Assembly (NCBI GenBank): GCA_000004985.1
Contig: GG738845.1
Source: Naegleria gruberi
Lineage: Eukaryota
Direction: 5' to 3' (one strand)
DNA: 64,000 nucleotides
The notes beneath the pieces were generated by a model that worked only from the letters and a program-made list of their open reading frames with translations, had not been told where the DNA came from and did not search any database. The stretch's first letter is position 1, and each line of letters begins with the position of its first letter. The position numbers and the translations under genes are program-made. Shown here piece after piece: positions 22,678 to 34,045 of the stretch.

Positions 22678-23412
22678 ATGTACCTGTACATGACATTAAC
22701 AGTTGTGTGCTGTATACTATTTTTTGTCTTTTTAAATATTCGGCTCGTTCATCCGTATTGTAATAACTTAATAGAGAGTTATTATGCTGGAGAGGTAAAA
22801 TTAACTGAGGCAGAAGCTTCCAGTTTGCTACTCTCAGAGGTTTTTAATAATGGTGTAGTCTTGTGCTCACCCTTACTTTCGATTTTAGGACTCTTCACTC
22901 TATATCTTTTAAGATCCACACATATGGGAGTGCAATACACAAAGTATGCACTCAGATTTTCTCCTAGGTATTTTTTGATTGGAATTGGTGTTTGGAAATT
23001 TGTAACACCGTTCATTATTTGGCTATTCAGTTCATTTTCAGTTATTCTATTCGTATTGTATCTGGTTTTTGAAACAATTCCAGCTCTAGTTCCAACAATA
23101 CCAATAATGATTTTACATTTGGGTTTAATTTTAGTATTTGGTTGGTCAATTCTCTACTTTTTTGTCATGTTCATTACATGCTCATTGGATAGAAAGTCAC
23201 TTATTGAAAATGCCATGACTTGTATTTATGGCATTTTCATGATTTCATCCCCAATTGCTTTCTATGTACTATTAGGATTGGGTTTTAGTAGTGGTTACAT
23301 AGCAATACCATGTTGCGTATTCTTTTTAACTCTACTTTTATATGGAATGAATTATCTCAATTATTTGGAAGATTTTTTCACTATGAACGAGGATAAACTG
23401 CCATTCTCTTAA
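22678..23412 (+). CDS. Multi-pass transmembrane domain ORF. Either an independent gene starting at ATG 22678 or the C-terminal exon (22703..23412) of the F-box gene.
   Basis: About 8 hydrophobic helices (VVCCILFFVFL..., LGLFTLYLL..., IGIGVWKFVTPFIIWLF...). Only 50 nt separate it from the upstream stop. Confidence 0.35.
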   Translation: MYLYMTLTVVCCILFFVFLNIRLVHPYCNNLIESYYAGEVKLTEAEASSLLLSEVFNNGVVLCSPLLSILGLFTLYLLRSTHMGVQYTKYALRFSPRYFLIGIGVWKFVTPFIIWLFSSFSVILFVLYLVFETIPALVPTIPIMILHLGLILVFGWSILYFFVMFITCSLDRKSLIENAMTCIYGIFMISSPIAFYVLLGLGFSSGYIAIPCCVFFLTLLLYGMNYLNYLEDFFTMNEDKLPFS

Positions 23413-23514
23413 TCACATTCAGACCAATATGCAAGAGCAGGAATGCCAATACTATTTTATAATAAAAACCAATATTTAAAAAAAAATTCATTAAAAAAAA
23501 AGTTCAAAAAAAAA

Positions 23515-25442
23515 ATGAATGATAATACGGATTCGTCAGCATCAGCAGGAGGTATTTCAAGTTGGAGAAATGCTTCGGGAGCTGATGAAGAGGATAAACC
23601 AAAACCAACATCATCATGGCTCGGATTGACAAGAGTTAATAAAGTCAACGAAAAATATAGGACCAATCAATCAAGAGATTTGGCTCTCCGATTTTTAGAA
23701 GAACAAAGTGATGATGAAGCAGATGATATTTCTAAAAAGAGAACCTACGATGAGATGGAAAACGATGATAATATCGAGGAGGAAGAAGACATTTCTAAAA
23801 GAACAGATGAAACTACAGCTGCTGTCATTAATATTTGGGCTAAAAAACAAAAAATCAATGAGGAAAAGGATGTCAGATTGGGAAATGTTTGGGTTATGAG
23901 TAATTGTAAAGTCAGTGTGGAAAAGGCATCACTCTCTGAAAATATTGTTGAATGTTTAAAGAATAATAGACACAACCCAGTTCGTGAATTATTTGCAGTT
24001 CAGAGAGCTGTTGTTCCTGTTTTAATTGCCATGACAAAGAGTGGTGTACCTGGTGACATTTGTATTGGTTCACCAACTGGTAGTGGTAAAACTCTTTCCT
24101 ATGTATTGCCAATCGTAGAAGTTTTATCATCACTTAAATTTACAAAACTGAGAGCTATTGTAATTGTACCAAATTCTCAATTGGTGAAACAAGTAACACA
24201 AGTTTTTAGATCATTTGAAAAGTATACATCACTTAAAGTGAAATCATTGAATCCTTACAATAGATTTGAATCAGAACAATCTGACTTGGTTGACTCTTTA
24301 ACTGGTGATTCAAAAGTTGATATTCTTATTGGAACTCCTTCTCTTTTTGTTGAACACATCAAAAAGACAAAGAATTTCACGTTGGAACATTTGAAGTTTT
24401 TAGTATACGATGAAGTTGATACCCTATTATCAGATGAACATTCTTCTTTCATTAAGGTTATTGCTGATACATATTATAATTGGTAAGTATGATGTCCTTA
24501 TTTATAACAATAATAATACTTGACAATATACAGCACATCTGTAATTAGTAGAAGAGCCAAAACTCAAATTATTCCAAATATTCCTCTTCCTGTTGCCCAT
24601 TCATTTGCTAGAATTATTTGTTGTTCAGCCACTATTACTTCCCATGCTGGTAAACTTGATATCATTAGATTGAATAGACCTCAATTCTTTACATATTTGG
24701 CTCCAGCTAAATTGAGATCAGCAGAAGATATGTCAACATCATTGGACGATCCTCTTGTTGGTAAAAAGTATTACATTCCAGATACATTGGCTGTAAGTAC
24801 TCTATTATTAATTGAATGATTTTTAATGTCATTTAGCAATTCATTGTCAAGTATGAAGCTGTTACTAAACCACTCTATCTTATTGCTCTTTTATTGGATA
24901 ACAAGTGTAGAAGCAAAAAGACACTTGTATTTTGTAATGACAGTCAGACAGCTCATAGATTAAATTTACTACTTGAAACTGCCGTCAGTGAAGGGGCTTT
25001 CAATTCCAAAGATGCTTTTGGTATTGCTCCAGAACTCAATACAAAATTCTCTGAATATTACAATCCAAAAGATAAGAAGTCTACAACCATACTGAATAAT
25101 TTCAGAAAGGGACATTTCAATGTATTAATTTGTACAGATGTTATTGGAAGAGGTTTTGATATTGAGGTTGATTTTGTGATAAACTATGATGCTCCTCTCA
25201 CCTTAAAGACTTACATTCACAGAATTGGTAGAACTGCCAGAGCTGAAAAGGAAGGTACTTCATTTACATTCTTAACTGGACCTGAAATCGAGACATACAA
25301 ATCCAAGTTGACTTCAAGAGCAGAAATGAGCAATCTCTTGGAAGAATTTATCATTCCTCACAGACGTTTGAACAAGTTTGTGGAACCATTCAGACACATT
25401 TTGGATAAGTACAAGGAAAAGATTGAAAAAAGTAAAGATTAA
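23515..25442 (+). CDS. DDX51: DEAD-box ATP-dependent RNA helicase, DDX51/Dbp6-like. Exons 23515..24482, 24534..24792 and 24837..25442.
   Basis: Q motif region [10 protein letters not shown], motif [11 protein letters not shown], motif II VYDEVD, motif III SAT in exon 2, HRIGRTAR (motif VI) in exon 3. Introns are 51 nt (GTAAGT..TACAG) and 44 nt (GTAAGT..TTTAG). The N-terminus is acidic/basic low-complexity. Confidence 0.8.
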
Positions 25443-26882
25443 TCCTTTTTCTCTTTATTTTCTTCTGGTTTTTGTTTTCTAAAGAAACTGACGCCCAACA
25501 ATAAAACAGCAATACCAACAATTGCGCCATAAACAACAGCTATGAGAGGTGCGTATTGTTTTCTATTGTGATAGGTAATCATTTCATGATAATTATAGAT
25601 GGATTGAGAGTGTTGTTTGAATGAGTTGATCAAGGCAACAATTTCATTTCTTTGCAATGTGTGGAAGACATGATCACCATCCAAATTAATCTTGAGAGCA
25701 GTGGCCAATCCCAAAACATCTAATTTAGCCCACATTTTGCATTTTTCACATGCAACACAATCCATAATTGAGGAAATATTTCTAAATGATGCCTTCATTT
25801 GAGTTCTCAAATCAGCCATTTCTTCACTCTTGAACATTTGTTTTTCATCAAAAGCAATTCCACACATTTTGTTTTCCAAGAGTTTGGACATTAAGGCTGA
25901 AGTTTCCAAATCTTCCATTTCATTTTCAGTATTAAAATTGTATGACTTTAAGAATGGTGCTGCCTTTTGAAGGGCTCTCAAAGTAAAAGTGTACAAAAAA
26001 TATAAATTCTTTACACGATCAGGGAATGGCAAAATAGCCTTTTCAAACATTTCATAGTTAGGAGTGTAGGAATCATAGGTTGGATTCTCATCATGACCAA
26101 ACTTGAGAGTGTAATATCTGGCGATTTTCATTGTGATGGAGATGTGGAGTCCTGAAATTAATTTGTAAAAAACTCGTTCCTCAAAGCACATGTCATTTAA
26201 ATTTCTATTCACAAAACAGTTAACTCCATAAATAGCGTTCCAAACTCTGGAAGCTTCCTCACCAGAATATCCTGTTCTAGTTTCTGGATTCCTCAAAAGA
26301 TTAATATATGTAAGCTTTGCTCCATCTCCTTCTTTCTTTGTCCAACAATCAATATCCTCATCTTGCCACTTTTGTACCTTTTTTCCTTGAGAACTCAACC
26401 CCAAAAACTTATTCACCTTATCCGTAAGTATAGGTGTTGATTTTTTCCAAGATATTGGTATTTCATTTTCATCACATTCACAAACAGAACATCCACCTTT
26501 TCCTGTGCATACTTTTTTCATTGCCCAGAAGGGACAAGGACTAGAAAGGTCAACTTTGAAAATTTTAAAGAATTGTTTAGACTAAACAATTAAATTATTC
26601 TCTTGTATATGTATATAAAAAACATACAACCAATTCCTTAAGTATTGGGAAAATCTTTTCATTATTATTTTGCTCTATTGAGGCAATTGTACAATTAGCA
26701 TCTTCCAAAATTTGATCCGATCCAAAAACATATGTTGATGGTTTAATTTTCAACAAATCCTCCAATCCAATACAATACGACACATTAATCATCATACAAA
26801 CCATCAACATTACCATCACTGTACTCAATACCAGTGATAATGTTGAAATCCTTCTCGGAATTGTTTTTGCTCGTTGTTGCAT
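25439..26882 (-). CDS. ERO1: ER oxidoreductin ERO1. Exons 26628..26882 and 25439..26581, intron 46 nt.
   Basis: Signal-anchor [14 protein letters not shown], then [22 protein letters not shown] | [19 protein letters not shown], then [24 protein letters not shown] (the CxxC shuttle/active-site region). Its 3' end overlaps the DDX51 stop by 4 nt on the opposite strand. Confidence 0.75.
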
Positions 26883-27099
26883 TTTTTATTTTGTAATTTT
26901 GGCAAAGATCGGAATCTTACCCATCATTGCACTATTCTTATTATTATTCATAATTGGACACGTGTTGGTGCGTGAGGAAAAAATTCAATATCCATATGCT
27001 TTTCCAATTCCTTGCACATCCATATATCGAATAGTTTTTTAATTTCGAGTTATTTATTTTAGACCTGATAAATAATCGAATAAACCATTTAAACTTTTG

Positions 27100-27117
27100 A
27101 TTGGTCAGATGACGTCA
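27100..27117. promoter_or_regulatory. Candidate composite promoter element: inverted CCAAT box (ATTGG, 27100..27104) immediately followed by a perfect CRE/ATF palindrome TGACGTCA (27110..27117) in the ERO1/MetH divergent intergenic region.
   Basis: The sequence reads gattggtcagatgacgtcattt, about 215 nt upstream of the MetH ATG. Any function is inferred. Confidence 0.25.
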
Positions 27118-27325
27118 TTTATTTGTTGAGGACAATATTCTCGCTTTATTTTCCTGTGCAGAGAGATTCTCTAAGCTTCTTACCAGAGAGGAATTTTCTC
27201 TGCTTTTTACTCGCCCACCACAACTTGACAAAGCGAAATATCAACTCCACTTCGTTCTCCACTCTCTAAACAAATCCCACACAACTTCAAAAAAAAAATT
27301 CAAAAAGACACTCTCTACATATACA

Positions 27326-30300
27326 ATGGTCACCCGTAAGGAATTAGAAGAAATCTTTAAAGAAAGAATTCTCATCATCGATGGTGCTATGGGTACCATG
27401 ATCCAAAAATACAAGCTCTCAGAAGCTGATTTTAGAGGTAGGTAATGATGTTCGGAACATTTTAAATTCAATTATATCAAATATTCTTACTTGTGATGAA
27501 TAATTTTAGGAGAGGAATTCAAGGATTGGAATTGCGATTTGAAGGGTAACAATGATATGTTGTGTATTACACGACCTGAAATTATTGTTGAAATTCATGA
27601 AAAATACTTGGAAGCTGGAGCAGATATTATTGAAACTAATACCTTCTCATCAACAGTTATTTCTCAAGCCGATTACAATGCACAATCATTAGCATATAGA
27701 TTAAACTTTTGCGCAGCTCAGTGTGCTAAAAAAGCTGCCACAAAATATACTCAACTCACACCTGAAAAGCCTCGTTTTGTTGCTGGTGCTTTAGGTCCAA
27801 CAAACAAGACCGGTTCTATTTCTCCTAGTGTTGAAGATCCTGGTTTTAGAAATATCTCTTTCGACGAATTATATGAAGCATATTTCGAACAAGTTCGTGG
27901 TTTAGTTGATGGTGGTGCTGATATTTTGCTCATTGAAACTATTTTCGATACATTAAATGCAAAGGCTGCTGCATTTGCTTGTATGGATTATTTGGAAAAG
28001 TTTAATATTGATATGCCAATTATTATTTCTGGTACAATTACCGATCAAACTGGTAGAACCTTGTCAGGTCAAACAACTGAAGCTTTCTACATTAGTATGA
28101 TGCATAGTAATATGCTTTGTATGGGTCTCAATTGTGCATTGGGTACTGTTCAAATGAAGCCTTTCGTTAAGGCATTGTCTAACATTGCTGAATGTTTTAC
28201 TCATGCTTATCCAAATGCTGGGTTGCCTGATGAAATGGGTCAATACAGACAAACTCCGGAAGAAATGGCTCGTCAAGTTAAGGATTTCCTTGATGAAAAA
28301 CTCGTCAACATGATTGGAGGTTGTTGTGGTACTACACCAGATCACATTAGAGCTTTGGCTCAATTGGCAGCTCAATACAAACCAAACCAAATCAGAAAGC
28401 CACAAGAACCTACTCATGATATGAAATTATCTGGATTGGAACCAATGATTTATTCTAAGAATTCTAACTTTATCAACGTTGGTGAAAGATGTAACGTTGC
28501 TGGTAGTATTCGTTTCAAGAAATTGATTATGGAAAATAAGTTTGAAGATGCCTTGTCTATTGCTAGAAACCAAGTTGAAGCTGGTGCTCAAGTAATTGAT
28601 GTTAACATGGATGAAGGCCTTTTGGATTCCAAGAATGTCATGAAGAAATTCTTGTACTTGATTATGAGTGAACCTGAAATTTCCAAGATCCCAATCATGG
28701 TTGACAGTTCTAAATTTGAAGTTGTTGAGCAAGGTTTGAAATGTATTCAAGGTAAATGTATTGTCAACTCATTGAGTTTGAAGGAAGGTGAAGAAGATTT
28801 CATTGCCAAGGCCAAGAAGGTCAAAAAGTACGGTGCTGCTGTGGTTGTCATGGCTTTCGATGAACAAGGTCAAGCTGCCGAATGTGCCAGAAAGGTTGAA
28901 ATTTGTACTAGAGCTTACAAGATTTTGACAGAAAAAGTTGGATTCCCACCAGAAGATATCATTTTTGATCCAAATATTCTTACAATTGCCACTGGTATTG
29001 AAGAACACAATAATTATGGTGTTGAATTCATCAATACTATCAAGATTATCAAGGAAACCCTCCCATATGCTAAAGTATCTGGTGGTGTATCAAACTTGTC
29101 ATTCTCTTTCCGTGGTTTAACTCTTGTCCGTGAATCTATGCACAGTGCATTCTTGTATCATGCCATCAAGGCTGGTATGGATATGGGTATTGTAAATGCT
29201 GGTGCTTTGCCAATTTATGATGAAATCACACCAAAGATCCTTCAATTGTGTGAAGATGCTATTTTGAATAGAAATGAAAATGCAACTGAAAATCTTTTAA
29301 GTTTTGCCTCCGAATTGAGAGAAAAGCAAGCTCATGGTGAGGATATTGAAGGACCAAAACAAAAGGAAGTTTTGGCTTGGAGAACTGGCTCAGTTCAAGA
29401 AAGACTCAAACATGCCTTGATTAAGGGTATTGTAGATTTTATTGATTCAGACGTTGAAGAAGCAAGACAAAATTTGCCATCTCCACTCTCTGTTATTGAA
29501 GGTCCATTGATGAATGGTATGAATGTTGTTGGTGACTTATTTGGTGCTGGTAAAATGTTTTTGCCTCAAGTTATTAAGAGCGCTCGTGTCATGAAGAAGG
29601 CTGTCAAGTATCTCATTCCATACTTGGAAAAGGATAAGGAAGAGAAGCGTCTCAGAGGTGAAGCTACTTCTTCATCAGCTGGTAGAATCTTATTAGCCAC
29701 TGTTAAGGGTGACGTTCACGATATTGGTAAGAATATTGTTGGTGTAGTCTTGGCCTGTAATAACTTTGAAGTTATTGATTTGGGTGTCATGATTCCTCCT
29801 GATGTTATCGTTCGTGAAGCAAAGGAAAAGAATGTTGACATTGTTGGTCTCTCTGGTTTGATTACTCCATCTTTGGATGAAATGGCTACTGTTGCCAAGG
29901 AAATGCAAAAGGGTGGATTGACTTGTCCACTTCTTATTGGTGGTGCTACTACATCTAGAACCCACACTGCTGTCAAGATTTGCCCACAATACGATCAACC
30001 ATGTATCCATGTTTTAGACGCCAGTAGAAGTGTTGTTGTTGCCTCAAGCCTTTTGGATAATAGATTGAGAGAAGAATATATGGAAGAAATTAATGAACTC
30101 TATGAAGAATTGAGGGAAGAGCACTACGACTCACTCCTTGAAAGAAAGTTCGAAAATATTCAACATGCCAGACAATCCAGACTTGCAATAGATTGGGAAA
30201 AGCAACCACCTGCAAAGTCTCCAACCTTTTTGGGTGAAAAAGTTTTGGACAACTTCCCTCTTGACCAACTTGTGTCTCATATTGATTGGTCTCCATTCTT

Positions 30301-31162
30301 CTCAGTGTGGCAAATTAAGGGTAAATATCCACACAGAGGTTACCCAAAGATTTTCAACGATCCTGATGTTGGTGAAGAAGCTAAGAAACTCTTTGATAAT
30401 GCTACCAAGATGTTAAAATCTATTATTGAAGAAAAGAAACTCGTTGCTAGAGGTATTGTTGGTTTCTACCCAGCCAATACAAATGATTCCAAGAGTTTGG
30501 ATGATATCGAAATTTATGATCCAACTTGTCCAGAGGAAAAGAAGCAAATTGGTACATTCTATGGTCTTCGTCAACAAGCTGAAAAGGAAAATGATGAAGA
30601 ACCATTCATGTGTATTTCTGACTTTATTGCTCCAAAGACTACTGGATTGAATGATTATATTGGTCAATTTGCTGTTTCCATCTTTGGTGCTGAAGAATTG
30701 GCTGCTAAATATCAAGAAGATGATGATGACTACTCATCCATTATGGTTAAAGCTCTTGCCGATAGATTGGCAGAGGCCTTTGCTGAATTATTACACGAAC
30801 TTGTCAGAAAGGATTATTGGGGATATTCTCCAGAAGAAAAGTTGGATACTGAAGATTTGTTGAGAGTTAAATATCAAGGTATCAGACCTGCTCCTGGTTA
30901 TCCATCACAACCTGACCACACTGAAAAGGAGACAATGTGGAGAATTGGTCAAATTACTGAAAAGACTGGAATTAAATTGATTGAAGAAAGTTTGGCAATG
31001 TGGCCACCTGCATCCGTATCTGGATTATACTTTGCTCACCCAGAAGCTAAATACTTTGCTGTTGGTAAGATTAGTAAGGATCAAGTTGAAGATTACATGA
31101 AGAGAAAGGAATGGGCTGATATGGATTATGCTGAAAAGAAATTGAGCACAATGCTCTTCTAA
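27326..31162 (+). CDS. metH: Cobalamin-dependent methionine synthase (MetH/MTR). Exons 27326..27437 and 27510..31162, about 1255 aa.
   Basis: Exon 1 [27 protein letters not shown]...DFR(G). The 72-nt intron is GTAGGT..TTTTAG. Exon 2 reads [17 protein letters not shown]...[11 protein letters not shown] (Hcy-binding domain), then the pterin-binding domain, the B12-binding region [10 protein letters not shown]...[10 protein letters not shown], and the C-terminal AdoMet activation domain. Confidence 0.9.
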
Positions 31163-31268
31163 GAAATATAATGTTTACAATTTTAATTAACTACACAAAA
31201 ATTTGTTTTTGAATCATTTTTCTTCTCATCATCAATGACGTACTTAAACTTATTAATAGAAAGCAAAA

Positions 31269-31691
31269 ATGAAAAAAATGGCCAATAATCATAGACAATT
31301 AAAGTCATCACTGTTTGGAAGTGCTTCGGAAAAGGATACCTCCTCCAAACCAACAACTGGGTATCGGGATAGAAGTGTAAATGAACAGGATGAAGATTTG
31401 CAAGATTCTGAATTTAATCAAGTTGCTTTGGAATTAGGGCAAACCAGTCAAGCATTGAAACATATAGCAGGAGAGTTGAAAGATGAAGTTTCCCAACAAG
31501 TTTATGGACTCAAGGGAACAAGTACAAACATGACGGAAACCAATGTAGGAATGAAAAAAGTGATGACCAGGATGGAACAAGTTTTTGATGTGAGGACCTG
31601 GAGTCAAATGTGGACTTTGGTTTTGATAATTGTTGGAGTCTTTTTCTTTTTCTACTATTTGATTAGATTTTTAGTTTATTATTTCAAGTAG
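31269..31691 (+). CDS. Tail-anchored SNARE-like protein (Bet1/Sft1-type Qc-SNARE candidate), 140 aa.
   Basis: Heptad-like SNARE segment ALKHIAGELKDEVSQQVYGLKGTSTNMTETNVGMKKVMTRM followed by a C-terminal TM anchor TLVLIIVGVFFFFYYLIRF. Confidence 0.4.
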   Translation: MKKMANNHRQLKSSLFGSASEKDTSSKPTTGYRDRSVNEQDEDLQDSEFNQVALELGQTSQALKHIAGELKDEVSQQVYGLKGTSTNMTETNVGMKKVMTRMEQVFDVRTWSQMWTLVLIIVGVFFFFYYLIRFLVYYFK

Positions 31692-31872
31692 TAGAGTTTT
31701 TAGTTTCTCTTTAGCAGATAATATTTAGAATTATTGAGAGAAGATTTGTAAAATAATATAGATTTTGTAAATAAGTTAAAAGAAATATTTATACATTAGG
31801 CCAACACAACTGTGTTGTAATCAAAATTGATTAACACATCAATCATTAAAATACACAAAAAAAATTACAAAA

Positions 31873-33360
31873 TTAATCCTTCTTCAAATAGAATCTTCTG
31901 TGCTTATCGTCGACTCTATCCAAGTAATAAGATCCTGAATCAATATAATCGGTAGGATTTGTGGCAACAAAGTCATGCTTCAAATATGTTTCCATGTTAG
32001 CATCCATGATGGAAGAATATTGTTCTGGGCTTACTTCAATTCTATTGTTAAGACGATTTGGTAAATCAAGGATATTCTTAATGTCATCCAATTGATATCT
32101 GTGTTTCTTGTGAGTAGTTTCTCTTCCTTGCAATTCAAACATGGCACTGGCCAAACCAGATCCGTATGAGAACATATTAATACGCTTATCTTGGAGTTCT
32201 TGACCCTTCAAACCAACCAATGAAGCAAAACCAGCGTATAAAGAAGCAGCATAAGTATTACCCAATTCTCTTGGAAGATAAGTACTTGGAGATACCTTTT
32301 GTTCATAAATCTTCTTAGTTAAATTAATAAAGAATTTGCTTGATTCGTTATCATTGTAAGTCTCTTCTCTTGGAGCAGATTTGGTGAACTTTTTAATTTG
32401 ACTCTTAGTTTCGGCATCCTTAACATTGTATTTAGCACAAATTCTATCAAATTCTTGCTCACTGGTAGTCAATGCAAAATCGGAATAAATCATACGAGCA
32501 AATGACTTTTGAACCAACTTGTTGTATGGAGCATGGAAACACAAATAATCCAAATCAGCAACAGCAACTGGTTCTTCATGTCTAGCTCTTAATCTTTCAT
32601 AACAAATATCCAAAGCTCTCAAATAACAAATATTTGAATATTGACCATCAACAGTTGGGAAATAGCTGGTCTTGACTGGTTTGTAAAAATCATAAGCATG
32701 TTCCATGTGGAATGCCTTCAATCTAAAATCATTAAAAGCCAAAGGAGCATCTCTACCCAACAACATGGCAACAGCACCTGCACCACCAGTTGGTCTAGCT
32801 GGTCCCTTTTCATATTGAGCAATATCTACAGCTACAACAACACTATAAACATCATTCTTTTTACAAGTAGTATGTTCGGAATTGAGCCAATACAAGGCAT
32901 TGAACAAGGCATTAGTAGCACCATAACAAGCATTAATAGTATCAATACCTTCCATTTCTGAAGTATCAACTTGTGGGAATTGTTGCATAATAAAACTCTT
33001 AATAGACTTGGATTTATCAACTGGTGATTCTGTGCCAACTTCAAGTCTCTTAACTTGTCTTGGGTCAATTGAATACTTTTCAAATAAACGTTTTACTGCA
33101 GTCATTGCCAATGAAACAGTATCTTCTCTTTCAAGGTCAACAACAGCCATTCTACTTTGAGCCAATCCGATAGTGTACTTTCCTTCACTCACACCATCAT
33201 GTTGTTCCAAAGCTGATTGTGAAACAAATCTATTTGGGAAGTATGTTTCCATGCCAACAATACCAAAATGTGGATTTTGAGGTGAAATATTTGTAGAAAA
33301 GTGTTTGGCTGATTGATGATTCTTAATCAATCCTCTCAAAGATTGTCTGCTCTTGTTCAT
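31873..33360 (-). CDS. HMGCS: Hydroxymethylglutaryl-CoA synthase, single exon, 495 aa.
   Basis: Family motifs VGMETYFPNRFVSQ, LEVGTESPVDKSKS, NACYGATNALFNA (active-site Cys), MEHAYDFYKP and YGSGLASAMF. Clean ATG at 33360 with a short basic N-terminal extension. Confidence 0.9.
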   Translation of the reverse strand: MNKSRQSLRGLIKNHQSAKHFSTNISPQNPHFGIVGMETYFPNRFVSQSALEQHDGVSEGKYTIGLAQSRMAVVDLEREDTVSLAMTAVKRLFEKYSIDPRQVKRLEVGTESPVDKSKSIKSFIMQQFPQVDTSEMEGIDTINACYGATNALFNALYWLNSEHTTCKKNDVYSVVVAVDIAQYEKGPARPTGGAGAVAMLLGRDAPLAFNDFRLKAFHMEHAYDFYKPVKTSYFPTVDGQYSNICYLRALDICYERLRARHEEPVAVADLDYLCFHAPYNKLVQKSFARMIYSDFALTTSEQEFDRICAKYNVKDAETKSQIKKFTKSAPREETYNDNESSKFFINLTKKIYEQKVSPSTYLPRELGNTYAASLYAGFASLVGLKGQELQDKRINMFSYGSGLASAMFELQGRETTHKKHRYQLDDIKNILDLPNRLNNRIEVSPEQYSSIMDANMETYLKHDFVATNPTDYIDSGSYYLDRVDDKHRRFYLKKD

Positions 33361-34045
33361 TTTGATCTTCTGTCTTTGTGTGTGAAAAAGATGACTGTGT
33401 GTTAACGCGTTTTTTTTGGGTGGAATTTTTCTGATTGTTGCTGGTAGTTCCCGAATTTATTGCTGTTCGGGCAAGTGAATAAGAATGCTACTGGAAGAGA
33501 GAAAGATTAAAAAACCGAACAGTTGCTGCAAGATCTTTTCTGAGTACGATCAAGGAGAATTTTATATTATCAAATGGTGATACAAAGATGACAAGTGTAA
33601 AAGTGTGAAGAAATTTTAGAGAAATCACAAGCTTACACGATGGTGGTGTGCGAAGAGAGAGACAACGAATAACAACCTTTGGCAAGTGTTCGGGAACCGA
33701 AGCTTGGTTGAAGAATTAATATTTGGATTCTCTGAGAAGCTTTTTAATTGTGGCGATTTTTCGTTTTTTGGAAAATTAGCTCAGTTTTTCATCATTACAC
33801 GGCTTAAAGAAGAAATAGAGAAGCTGTAGTTTATTGTTTTTTATTGTAAACAATGTTTGTTTTAATTAATTAAAAGGAAGATTGAAATTCCTTTCGCACG
33901 GTTTTAAAACCGTAGTTGAGCTCACTTGTTACAATTCAATTAAAATGGTAATAAATAGCAGTTATTATTACAGAGATCTATGTGTTTATTAACATGTTTT
34001 ATTCAAGTTCTTGTCAAAGGTTTAATTAAAGTCAATTACAAAAAA

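Noticed and set aside
27751-30863. Numerous 60-117-aa antisense or alternative-frame ORFs inside the methionine synthase coding region.
   Set aside because: They are embedded in a 3.6 kb highly conserved MetH exon and are expected by chance given an AT-rich antisense stop-codon depletion.
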